From an uncultured Solirubrobacterales bacterium (GTDB taxonomy: Bacteria > Actinomycetota > Thermoleophilia > Solirubrobacterales > Solirubrobacteraceae), in NCBI GenBank assembly GCA_963795525.1, contig CAWCIA010000004.1, forward strand, positions 108,989 to 172,988: a DNA stretch of 64,000 nucleotides. The letters are read 5' to 3'. The notes beneath the pieces are model-generated. The model was given only the letters and a program-made list of their open reading frames with translations, made no database searches and was not told where the DNA came from. Numbering within the stretch: the first letter of the stretch is position 1; each line of letters starts with the position of its first letter. The position numbers and the translations under genes were made by a program. Below are positions 49,240-57,721 of this stretch, one piece after another.

Positions 49240-49538
49240 TGGCGATCGGCTGGTATCTCGTCGTCTCGGCGATCATCTTCTGCATCGGCGCCGGGGGCGT
49301 GCTCACGCGGCGCAACCCGCTCGTGCTCCTGCTCTGCCTCGAGCTCATGCTCAACGGAGCCAACCTCGCCCTCGTCGCCTTCGCGCGCATGTGGGGGAAC
49401 GAGGACGGGCAGATCTTCGCCCTCATCGTGATGGTCGTGGCGGCCTGTGAGGTGACGGTCGGCCTCGGCCTGATCGTGGCCATCTACCGCCGGCACCTGC
49501 CCGTGGACGTGGACGAGCTGGGCGAGCTCCAGGGGTAA
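49239..49538 (+). CDS. nuoK: NADH-quinone oxidoreductase subunit K
   Basis: 99 aa, 3 TM, LLCLELMLNGANL motif. TAATG overlap with nuoJ. Confidence 0.93.
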   Translation: MAIGWYLVVSAIIFCIGAGGVLTRRNPLVLLLCLELMLNGANLALVAFARMWGNEDGQIFALIVMVVAACEVTVGLGLIVAIYRRHLPVDVDELGELQG

Positions 49539-49542
49539 GGGC

Positions 49543-51558
49543 GTGAATCCGTCGACCTTCGGCTGGTTGATCGTGCTCTGCCCGCTCGTCGGGACGATCG
49601 TCATCGGCCTCGGCTTTCGCCGCCTCGAGGGCAGCCGTGCGGCCGGCTGGATCGGCACCGCGGCCATCGGCCTGTCGTTCGTGGCCAGCGTGCTCGCCTT
49701 CATCGCGCTCGAGAACCGCAGCTCGGGCCACCGCGAGGTCGCCTCGACGCTGTGGAGCTACGCCTCGAGCGTCGGCGTCGACGCCAAGCTCTCGATCCTC
49801 GTCGACCCGCTCTCGATCTTCATGGCGCTGGTCGTCTCGGGTGTCTCCACGCTCATCCACCTCTACTCGGTCACCTACCTCACCGGAGATCGCGGCTTCG
49901 TCCGCTACTTCTCCTACCTGAACTTCTTCGTTTTCTCCATGCTGACGCTCGTGCTCGCGGGCAACTTCGTGTTGCTCATCGTCGGCTGGGCGTTCGTCGG
50001 CGCCGCCTCCTACCTGCTCATCTCCTACTGGTACCGGCGCACGACGGCGACGCGAGCGGGCATCAAGGCGTTCGTCATCAACGTGGTCGGGGACGTCGGA
50101 CTCGTGCTGGGCACGTTCTTCATCTTCAAGCACACCGGCACGGTCGACTTCCTCAAGACGTTCGCCTCTGTGCACCGGGTCTTCCACCACAACCAGGCCG
50201 ACCTCGTCGCCGGGTGCCTGCTCCTCCTCGTGGGCGCGTTCGCCAAGTCCGCGCAGGTGCCGCTCCACACGTGGCTCCCGGACGCCATGGAGGGCCCAAC
50301 GCCGGTCTCCGCCCTCATCCACGCCGCCACGATGGTGACCGCGGGCGTCTACCTGATCGCCCGCATGCATCCGCTCTTCGAGCTCGCGCCGACCGCGGCC
50401 GACGTCGGCGCCATCGGCGGATGTCTCACGCTGCTCATCGCGGCCACGATCGCCATCGTCCAGACCGACATCAAGCGGGTCATCGCCTACTCGACGATGT
50501 CGCAGATCGGCTACATGATCATGGGCGTCTCCGTCGGGGCCTACTCGGCCGGCCTCTTCCACCTCATGACGCACGCATTCTTCAAGGCGCTGCTCTTCAT
50601 GTCCGCCGGCTCGATCATCGGCGCGATGGCGGGCGAGCAGTCATTGGACAAGATGGGCGGCTTCCGCAGGGTCCTGCCCTTCACCTTCGGCTGCTTCATC
50701 ATCGGCGGCCTCGCCCTCTCCGGGCTGCCGCCGTTCTCAGGCTGGCTGTCCAAGGACGACATCATCGGCTTCCTCGACCACCGCGGCCACGGCTTCCTCA
50801 TCCTCGGGATCGCCGGGTACGCGGGCGCCCTTCTCACCGGCGTCTACACGTTCCGGATGATCTTCCGCGCCTTCTTCGGCGACCCGGTGCCCGAGGCGGT
50901 CGAGCTCGAGCACGGCCATCTCGCCCATCACGACGTTCCGCGCAACCCGATGACGGGCGAGGAGGAGGACACCGACGTCGGCTTCCCCGGCCCCGAGCAC
51001 TTCATCGCCGAGCGCGAGATGCCCATGCGGCTCGCCATGGGCACCCTGGCCGTGCTCGCGGTGATCGGCGGCGCACTGCAGATCCCCGGCATCGACGATG
51101 CCGTGTTCAACTTCCTCAAGCCGACGTTCGCCGACTCCCGCTTCGCCCACGTGGAGCTCAAGTCCGGTCCCGCCTGGGTCGGCCTCGTCATCGGCGCTGC
51201 CATCGCGGTCATCGGCATCTCCATCGCCTACCGCGTGTGGGTGGCCGCGCCCGGCACCTCCCGGCGTGCCCAGGAGCGGGCGCCGCTGCTGCACCGCTTC
51301 CTGTGGAACAAGTGGTACTTCGACGAGCTGATCGACGTCCTCATCGCGCGGCCCGCGCTGTGGTTCGGCCACTTCGCCGGCACCGTGCTCGAGCGGATCA
51401 TCGTGGGCGGCGCGATCACCGGGGGGACGACCGGCGTCATCCGGGCGGGCTCGGCCATCGTGCGCCGCGCCCAGACGGGCCTCGTGCGCTACTACGCCGC
51501 CACGATGGTCATCTGCATCTCGGCCGTGGCCCTCTACTTCCTGATCTCTTCTTCGTGA
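49543..51558 (+). CDS. nuoL: NADH-quinone oxidoreductase subunit L
   Basis: 671 aa. Antiporter-like AKSAQVPLHTWLPDAMEGPTPVSALIHAATMV. Confidence 0.95.
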   Translation: MNPSTFGWLIVLCPLVGTIVIGLGFRRLEGSRAAGWIGTAAIGLSFVASVLAFIALENRSSGHREVASTLWSYASSVGVDAKLSILVDPLSIFMALVVSGVSTLIHLYSVTYLTGDRGFVRYFSYLNFFVFSMLTLVLAGNFVLLIVGWAFVGAASYLLISYWYRRTTATRAGIKAFVINVVGDVGLVLGTFFIFKHTGTVDFLKTFASVHRVFHHNQADLVAGCLLLLVGAFAKSAQVPLHTWLPDAMEGPTPVSALIHAATMVTAGVYLIARMHPLFELAPTAADVGAIGGCLTLLIAATIAIVQTDIKRVIAYSTMSQIGYMIMGVSVGAYSAGLFHLMTHAFFKALLFMSAGSIIGAMAGEQSLDKMGGFRRVLPFTFGCFIIGGLALSGLPPFSGWLSKDDIIGFLDHRGHGFLILGIAGYAGALLTGVYTFRMIFRAFFGDPVPEAVELEHGHLAHHDVPRNPMTGEEEDTDVGFPGPEHFIAEREMPMRLAMGTLAVLAVIGGALQIPGIDDAVFNFLKPTFADSRFAHVELKSGPAWVGLVIGAAIAVIGISIAYRVWVAAPGTSRRAQERAPLLHRFLWNKWYFDELIDVLIARPALWFGHFAGTVLERIIVGGAITGGTTGVIRAGSAIVRRAQTGLVRYYAATMVICISAVALYFLISSS

Positions 51559-53102
51559 CGCTCTCGATCCTCATCTGGCTGCCGCTGGCCGTCTCGATCC
51601 TCGCCGCGCTCCTGCCCCGCCGCTCCACCGCGCTGGCCAGCTTCGCGGGCAGCATCGTCACGCTCGCCATCGCCATCTCCTTCCTGGCCCGCTTCAAGCT
51701 CGGCCATGCCGGCCTGCAGTTCATCACCGACAAGGTGTGGATCGCCGCGCTGGGCATCCACTACAAGCTCGGGCTCGACGGGCTCAACGTGGCCCTCGTG
51801 CTCCTGACCACGGTGATCTTCAGCGCTGCGCTCGCTTGGGCGGCGTTCCGCGAGTGGGACCGCCCGCGGATCTTCTACTTCCACTTCGGCCTGGCCGAGA
51901 GCGCGGTCCTCGGCGCCTTCTGCGCGCAGGACCTCGCCCTCTTCGTGGCCTTCTTCGACCTCATGCTCATCCCGTTCTACTTCCTCATCGGGATGTGGGG
52001 GACGGGTGAGCGCGTGCGGGCCACGACGAAGCTCGTCATCTACACGCTCGTCGGCTCCTTCTTCATGCTCGCGGCGGCGATCGCCACCGGCGTGCTCGCC
52101 TCCGACCAGCACGGCACGAACCTGACCTTCGTCATCAGCGCGCTGCGTGGCCTGCCCCTCTCGCACACCTCGCAGGAGTGGATCTTCCTGTGTTTCGCCG
52201 TCGCCTTCCTGGTCAAGATGCCGCTCGTGCCGTTCCACGGCTGGCTGGCCGACGGCTACAAGGCGATGCCCATCCCCGCCGTCGCCGTGTTCTCGGCCAT
52301 CCTCTCCAAGGTCGCGGCCTATGGGTTCCTGCGCGTCGTCCTGCCGCTCTTCCCCTACGCCTCGCGGCACTTCCAGCTGCTCATGCTGCTCATCGCCCTG
52401 GTCTCGATCCTGTGGGCGAGCGCGGTGGCCTTCACGACGCCCGACGCCCGCCTCGTCGTGGCCTATTCGAGCGTCGCACAGCTCGGGTTCATCACCCTGG
52501 GGATCTTCTCGCTGCGCCCTCAGGGGGCGCAGGGGGCGATCCTCCAGATGGTCAACCACGGCCTCGTCACCGCGCCGGCGTTCTTCCTCGTGGCCGCCGC
52601 GGCCGCCCGCGCGGGAGGCTCGGAGCAGCTGCGGGACATGGGCGGGATCGCGTTGCGCGCCCCCGTGCTCGCCACGCTCTTCCTCATCGTCGCCCTGGCC
52701 ACGCTGGCCATGCCCGGATCGTCGAACTTCATCGGCGAGTTCCTCATCTTGCTCGGCGTCTTCAAGGCCAAGCTGGCCATCGCCGTGATCGCCTTCGCCG
52801 GCGTGGTCGGCGCCGCCGTGTACGGGCTGCGGCTGTTCATCCTCGCGATGCACAACCGCGTCGGCCCCGGCGTGCGGTCGCGGGAGATCGGGTTTTCCGA
52901 CGCGCTGGCCATCGCGCCGATCGTCCTGATCATCCTGGTGCTCGCCTTCTATCCCCAGTTCGTGCTCAAGCGCAGCGAGCCGTCGGTCAACTCGGCCGTG
53001 GCGGCCGTCGCGCCGCCGTCGTCGAGCGGGCTCGTGGCCGGGCGTGAGCTGCCGGCCGGGTGGACGGCGTACGCGACGCTTCAGACTGCGAGCACGCGAT
53101 GA
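51555..53102 (+). CDS. nuoM: NADH-quinone oxidoreductase subunit M
   Basis: GTG 51555 (GTGA overlap with nuoL), extracted from the fused 1116-aa ORF. VKMPLVPFHGWLADGYKAMP. Confidence 0.92.
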   Translation: MTLSILIWLPLAVSILAALLPRRSTALASFAGSIVTLAIAISFLARFKLGHAGLQFITDKVWIAALGIHYKLGLDGLNVALVLLTTVIFSAALAWAAFREWDRPRIFYFHFGLAESAVLGAFCAQDLALFVAFFDLMLIPFYFLIGMWGTGERVRATTKLVIYTLVGSFFMLAAAIATGVLASDQHGTNLTFVISALRGLPLSHTSQEWIFLCFAVAFLVKMPLVPFHGWLADGYKAMPIPAVAVFSAILSKVAAYGFLRVVLPLFPYASRHFQLLMLLIALVSILWASAVAFTTPDARLVVAYSSVAQLGFITLGIFSLRPQGAQGAILQMVNHGLVTAPAFFLVAAAAARAGGSEQLRDMGGIALRAPVLATLFLIVALATLAMPGSSNFIGEFLILLGVFKAKLAIAVIAFAGVVGAAVYGLRLFILAMHNRVGPGVRSREIGFSDALAIAPIVLIILVLAFYPQFVLKRSEPSVNSAVAAVAPPSSSGLVAGRELPAGWTAYATLQTASTR

Positions 53103-54727
53103 ACGGGCTCGTCCTCGCCGCCGCCCACATCAAGGGCCCGCACATCGACTGGAAGGGACTCTCACCCATCCTCGCCCTGACCGTGGGCGGCCTCGTGGTC
53201 CTGCTCGTCGGACTGCTCCGCAGCGAGCTCGTGCGGGCGCGGGTCGTCCCCGTCCTCTCGCTCATCGCTCTCGCCGTCGCGCTCGGGCTCGAGATCTGGC
53301 GCTTTCACCACCCTGCCTCGATCATCTCGGGCGCACTGCGCATCGACGATCTCGCCCTCGAGCTCGACATGCTCTTCGCCGGCGCGGCCATGGCGGCGGT
53401 CCTCCTCTCCTGGCGGGAGGTCGCGCCCCGCGAGTCCGGCCACGGCGAATACCACGCGCTGGTCTTGTTCAGCGTGCTCGGCATGGCCGTGCTCGTCTCC
53501 GCGCAGGACACGATCTCGCTCTTCCTCGGGCTCGAGCTCCTCTCGATCCCGCTGTACATCCTCTGCGCGGCCGAGACGCGGCGCGAGAGCTCTCTCGAGT
53601 CGGGGCTGAAGTACCTGATCATCGGCTCGGTCGGCTCGGCCACGCTCGTCTACGGGCTCGCCCTCATCTACGGCGCGACCGGGCACACCGACTTCGCCGG
53701 CATCGGCGCCGCGGTCTCGACGGGCAGACTGTCGGGCGGATCGCTCGGCGATCCGATGCTCTTCACCGGCCTCGCTCTCGTTGTCGTCGGCTTCGCCTTC
53801 AAGGCCTCGGTCGCCCCCTTCCACCAGTGGACGCCAGACGTCTACGAGGGCGCGCCCACGCCGGTCACGGCGTTCATGGCCACGGCCACGAAGGCGGCTG
53901 CGCTCGGCGTGTTCCTGCGCTTCTTCGACGTCGCCGCCATCGGCGCTCAGGACACCTGGGCCCCGCTCGTGGCCGCGATCGCGGCGATCACGATCATCGT
54001 CGGCAACGTCGGCGCGCTCGGGCAGTCCTCCCTGAAGCGCATGCTCGGCTACTCCGGCGTCGCCCAGGCCGGCTACATGCTTTCCGGCGTCGTCGTCGGA
54101 ACCCAACTCGGCGTGCAGGCCACCGTGCTCTACCTGTACGCCTACCTGGCGATGAACATGGCGGCCTTTGCGGTCATCGTGGCCTCCGAGCAGGAGCAGC
54201 GGGCCCGGGCCGCGAGCGGCGCCGAGGCGGTGGCCGGGGACGACGTGGCCGCCCTGACCGGGCTCGGAGCGCGTCAGCCGTGGCTGGCCTGGCCGATGAC
54301 GATCGGGATGCTGGCGCTGGCCGGCATCCCCGGCACGGTCGGGTTCATCGGCAAGTTCCAGCTCATCCACGCGCTCGTGGCCGGCGACTACACCTGGCTG
54401 GGAATCGTGCTCGTGATCGGGTCGATGATCTCGCTCGGGTACTACCTGCGGGTCGTGGCCGCCATGTGGATGCGGCCCGGGGCGGCGTTCCCCGGCGCGG
54501 CCCTGGCGGGCGCGGGCTCGGGGGGGCTGCCCCCGATCGCGGGCGGCTCACCCGAGGCGGACGAGGAGGTCGTCGTCCCCGCCTCCGTAGGAGCCGGCGG
54601 CCTCGATCCGGGGGTGGCTTTCGTCGGCGTGCTCGCGGCCGCCGCGGCGATCTTCTTCGGCATCGTCCCCTCGCCCCTCTTCGACTTCGCCGCCCACGCC
54701 GGGCACGCGCTCGGCTCGCTGTTCTAG
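53099..54727 (+). CDS. nuoN: NADH-quinone oxidoreductase subunit N
   Basis: ATG 53099 (ATGA overlap with nuoM). FKASVAPFHQWTPDVYEGAPTPVTAF. 542 aa with a hydrophilic insert and a C-terminal extension. Confidence 0.92.
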   Translation: MNGLVLAAAHIKGPHIDWKGLSPILALTVGGLVVLLVGLLRSELVRARVVPVLSLIALAVALGLEIWRFHHPASIISGALRIDDLALELDMLFAGAAMAAVLLSWREVAPRESGHGEYHALVLFSVLGMAVLVSAQDTISLFLGLELLSIPLYILCAAETRRESSLESGLKYLIIGSVGSATLVYGLALIYGATGHTDFAGIGAAVSTGRLSGGSLGDPMLFTGLALVVVGFAFKASVAPFHQWTPDVYEGAPTPVTAFMATATKAAALGVFLRFFDVAAIGAQDTWAPLVAAIAAITIIVGNVGALGQSSLKRMLGYSGVAQAGYMLSGVVVGTQLGVQATVLYLYAYLAMNMAAFAVIVASEQEQRARAASGAEAVAGDDVAALTGLGARQPWLAWPMTIGMLALAGIPGTVGFIGKFQLIHALVAGDYTWLGIVLVIGSMISLGYYLRVVAAMWMRPGAAFPGAALAGAGSGGLPPIAGGSPEADEEVVVPASVGAGGLDPGVAFVGVLAAAAAIFFGIVPSPLFDFAAHAGHALGSLF

Positions 54728-54755
54728 CGGTGGCCTGCCCGGGTAGCTCGTGGGC

Positions 54756-54983
54756 ATGGAAGAACGCAGCTCGGACACAGAAGAGACCTTCGGCAGCCAG
54801 TCGCCTCCCGGGGACAGCTCGAACCAGAACGCCGAAGAGCCCTCGGCCCCGCACGGCGGCGCCCACGCGGCGAAGAACCGCGGCGGGGAGGACTCAGCGG
54901 CTGACGAGGACGACAAAGGCGGTCGCCCGGGCGGCGCCGGAGAGCATACCCAGGCCACCGGGCACCCTGACAACGCCGGCTGA
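54756..54983 (+). CDS. Candidate small, highly hydrophilic, disordered protein (75 aa)
   Basis: MEERSSDTEETFGSQSPPGDSSNQNAEEPSAPHGG...DEDDKGGRPGGAGEH. GC-biased third positions are consistent with coding. No clear RBS. Confidence 0.35.
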   Translation: MEERSSDTEETFGSQSPPGDSSNQNAEEPSAPHGGAHAAKNRGGEDSAADEDDKGGRPGGAGEHTQATGHPDNAG

Positions 54984-55034
54984 AGCGCGGCTGAGGAGCA
55001 GGCACGGCAGCAGCGATGCGGTCCCCGCTCCCGC

Positions 55035-55077
55035 GTGGATGTAGTTAGTCGTCATATAGGTGACCAACTACATCCAC
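55035..55077. promoter_or_regulatory. AT-rich palindrome with a perfect 12-bp stem (terminator of nuo/small ORF, or an operator for the ThyX-like gene)
   Basis: GTGGATGTAGTT - 19 nt (AGTCGTCATATAGGTGACC) - AACTACATCCAC, followed by CCCCTTTAAGGGG. Confidence 0.5.
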
Positions 55078-55197
55078 CCCTTTAAGGGGACGCCCGAGTG
55101 GCCCACGTCCCACACCCTCCGCCGAGGATGCCCCGTGCGCACGACGCTATGTCGGAGGCGCTGACCAGCCGGGGCCACCGCTACGATCAGCCGTCCC

Positions 55198-56796
55198 GTG
55201 GAGTACCCGGTCGAGACGTTCACCGAGCAGGAGCGGGCGCGACTGCGCCCGTATTTCACGAACGTCGACCGGCCGGTCTTCGCCCTGGTCAACCTCCCGG
55301 AGACGGTCAAGGGCGCCCTGTTCGCCCGCTACTCGCGCTACCCGGGGACCCTTCGTCGCCTCTTTCTGGACGAGTTCGCCGACGATCTCCCCGCCGGCGC
55401 CCCCGCCTGGGACGGCGAGGAGGGCGCTCGCGCCGCCCGGCTCTACGAGACGATCTTCCTCGGCTACGGCGATGATTCCGTGGCCCAGCTCGGGGGCGCC
55501 CACGTCGCCTGCGAGTGGGTCTCCAACGTCCTGACCAAGGTCCTGCAGCGGCCGCGCCTGGCCGCCTACCTCGAGCAGTCCACGCGCTACATCGCCTACG
55601 ACGCCCCGATGTCCACGCGGCCCGCCGGCTTTCGCTACTACCGCGACGCCGAGCTCGGCCCGCGCTACGCGGCGGCCATGGACGAGCTCTTCACGATCTA
55701 CGCCGCCGCCCTGCCCCGCGTCATGGCCTGGGCGGCCGAGGCGTTCCCCCGCGCCGACGGCGAGCCGGAGGCGGCGCACGCCCGCGCCATCAAGGCCAAG
55801 GCGCTCGATCTCACGCGGGGGCTGCTCCCGGCGAGCTCGCTCTCCCACATGGGGATCTTCGCCTCCGGGCAGAGCTACGAGCAGCTCATCCTCCACCTCC
55901 TCGCCCACCCGCTCCCCGAGGCGCGCAGCTACGGCCGCATGATCCTCACCGAGCTCCAGTCGGTCATGCCGAGCTTCCTGACCCGCGTCGAGCGGCCCGA
56001 CCGCGGCGGCGAGTGGGTCGGTTACCTCGAGGAGCGCGCGCGGGCCGGCGAGCGCTGGGCGCGGCGACTCGGCCTCGACGAGAGCGCCGCCGATGGTGAC
56101 CGTCGCGGCCCCTCGGTTGAGCTTCTGTCCGTCCAGGGCGAAGAGGACGACCTGCTGGCCGCCCTCCTCTTCGAGCACGCGGCCAGCAGCGAAGGCGCGA
56201 TCCGCGAGGTCGTGTCCGGCCTGGACGCGGCGCAGCGTGCAGCCCTCCTCGGCGCGCTCGTGGGCGAGCGCCGCAACCGCCGCCACCGCCCCGGCCGCGG
56301 CTTCGAGGCGCTGCGTTATCGCTTTGAGATCGTCTCCGACTACGGCGCCTTCCGCGATCTTCAGCGCCACCGCATGCTCACCGTGCAGTGGCAGGCGCTC
56401 ACCCCCGAGCTCGGGGCCGGCGTTCCCGAGCAGGTCGAGCTCGCCGGGTGCGGCGACGAGTACCGGCGCGCGCTCGAGATCTCCCGGGCCGAGTACGAGC
56501 GCCTGTCCGCGGCCGGCCTGCGCTCCGCGGCGCCGTACGCGCTCTGCCTTGGCTACCGAATCCGCTTCATCCTCGACTGCAACGCCCGCGAGGCCATGCA
56601 GCTCGTCGAGCTGCGCTCAGGCCGCGAAGGGCACCCCAGCTACCGCGCCGTGGCCCACGAGATGCACGCCCAGATCGCCGCCGTTCACCCCGCGGTGGCC
56701 GACGCCATGACGCACGTCGATGGCGAGATCGAGCCGAGGCTCGAGCGAATCCTCTCCGAGATCCGCACCCACACGCGGACGGGTTCGCGTTCGTGA
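55198..56796 (+). CDS. Large (532 aa) ThyX-like (Thy1 domain) flavin-dependent thymidylate synthase family protein, function uncertain
   Basis: GTG start. N-terminal ETVKGALFARYSRYPG and C-terminal-half YGAFRDLQRHRMLT (RHR motif) match the roughly 530-aa actinobacterial ThyX-like proteins as I remember them. Confidence 0.7.
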   Translation: MEYPVETFTEQERARLRPYFTNVDRPVFALVNLPETVKGALFARYSRYPGTLRRLFLDEFADDLPAGAPAWDGEEGARAARLYETIFLGYGDDSVAQLGGAHVACEWVSNVLTKVLQRPRLAAYLEQSTRYIAYDAPMSTRPAGFRYYRDAELGPRYAAAMDELFTIYAAALPRVMAWAAEAFPRADGEPEAAHARAIKAKALDLTRGLLPASSLSHMGIFASGQSYEQLILHLLAHPLPEARSYGRMILTELQSVMPSFLTRVERPDRGGEWVGYLEERARAGERWARRLGLDESAADGDRRGPSVELLSVQGEEDDLLAALLFEHAASSEGAIREVVSGLDAAQRAALLGALVGERRNRRHRPGRGFEALRYRFEIVSDYGAFRDLQRHRMLTVQWQALTPELGAGVPEQVELAGCGDEYRRALEISRAEYERLSAAGLRSAAPYALCLGYRIRFILDCNAREAMQLVELRSGREGHPSYRAVAHEMHAQIAAVHPAVADAMTHVDGEIEPRLERILSEIRTHTRTGSRS

Positions 56797-56872
56797 GCGA
56801 GTAGAGCGACGAAAGGTGAAATCCCTGCGCCGGGCCCGTCCGCGCGCATCCTAGGGGCGTATCTTCGCCGCG

Positions 56873-57721
56873 ATGCCGAGGGCCCCCGCACGGATTGCGG
56901 CCGGCGTACTCAGGGAGCGTGCAATGCCCGCGCTGGCCCGGTACCGCTGGCCTGCGGTCGCCGCCTACTACGTCCGCAAGGCGGCCGACCAACAGATGCG
57001 TCGGCGCTTCGTGGCCACCTACGACCCGGCCCGCAACGGGGAATGGTGGCTGCTCGACACCGTGGGGCCTTCCGTGCGGGTCGCCTTCGATGTGGGCGCC
57101 AACGAGGGGACCTGGTCCCTCGCCCTGCTCGCCCGGGCCTCTGGCCTGGACCACCTCTACTGCTGGGAGCCGGCCGAGGAGGCGTTCGAGCGGCTGCGCG
57201 AGACGCTCGGCGCAGAGCGCCGGGCGGAGCTCATCCGCGCGGCGGTCTCCGAGCGGGCCGCGGTCGAGGCGGAGTTCTTCGAGGCGCCGAGCAGCCAGGT
57301 GTCCTCGATCTTCGCCAGTGCGGCGCTCGGGAGCCACCCCATCACCGTTCCCATGGTCTGCCTGGACGACGAGATCGAGCGCCTCGGCCACGACGTCGTC
57401 GACCTCGTGAAGATCGATGCCGAGGGCGCCGACCTGCTCGTCCTCCGCGGCGCGCGGCGGAGCCTCGCGGCGCAGCGCATCCGCCTCATCCAGTTCGAGT
57501 ACCACCAGCCGTGGCTTCACGCCGGGGCGACGCTCCATGCCGCCCTCGAGCTGCTCGACTCCGGCGGCTACGACACGTATCTCCTGAACGGCAGCGGGCT
57601 GTGCCGCTTCGACGGCGAGCGCGCCCCGGAGATCTTCCACTACATGAACTTCGTTGCCGTGGCGCGCGGCCACCGCGACTTCGTGCGCTTCGAGGTGCAG
57701 CCCGACCCGCTCTGGGGCTAG
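56873..57721 (+). CDS. FkbM-family methyltransferase
   Basis: 282 aa. FDVGANEGTW and VKIDAEGADLLVLRGA motifs. Confidence 0.85.
   Translation: MPRAPARIAAGVLRERAMPALARYRWPAVAAYYVRKAADQQMRRRFVATYDPARNGEWWLLDTVGPSVRVAFDVGANEGTWSLALLARASGLDHLYCWEPAEEAFERLRETLGAERRAELIRAAVSERAAVEAEFFEAPSSQVSSIFASAALGSHPITVPMVCLDDEIERLGHDVVDLVKIDAEGADLLVLRGARRSLAAQRIRLIQFEYHQPWLHAGATLHAALELLDSGGYDTYLLNGSGLCRFDGERAPEIFHYMNFVAVARGHRDFVRFEVQPDPLWG

Noticed and set aside
49752-53102. 1116-aa ORF that seems to span nuoL and nuoM. Likewise a 1178-aa ORF at 57043-60579 and a 691-aa ORF at 16707-18782.
   Set aside because: Only the C-terminal portions are real (nuoM from GTG 51555, the LytS-like kinase from ATG 59383, tadA from ATG 17171). 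The upstream parts are out-of-frame or antisense read-through across other genes, with Arg/Pro-rich nonsense sequence.
57718-57721. The convergent FkbM methyltransferase and acyl-CoA synthetase genes share an overlapping CTAG at their stop codons. The ABC permease and FadD stops abut with zero gap at 26611/26612.
   Set aside because: This is real but trivial. Tight convergent packing is common in compact high-GC genomes and implies nothing specific without transcript data.
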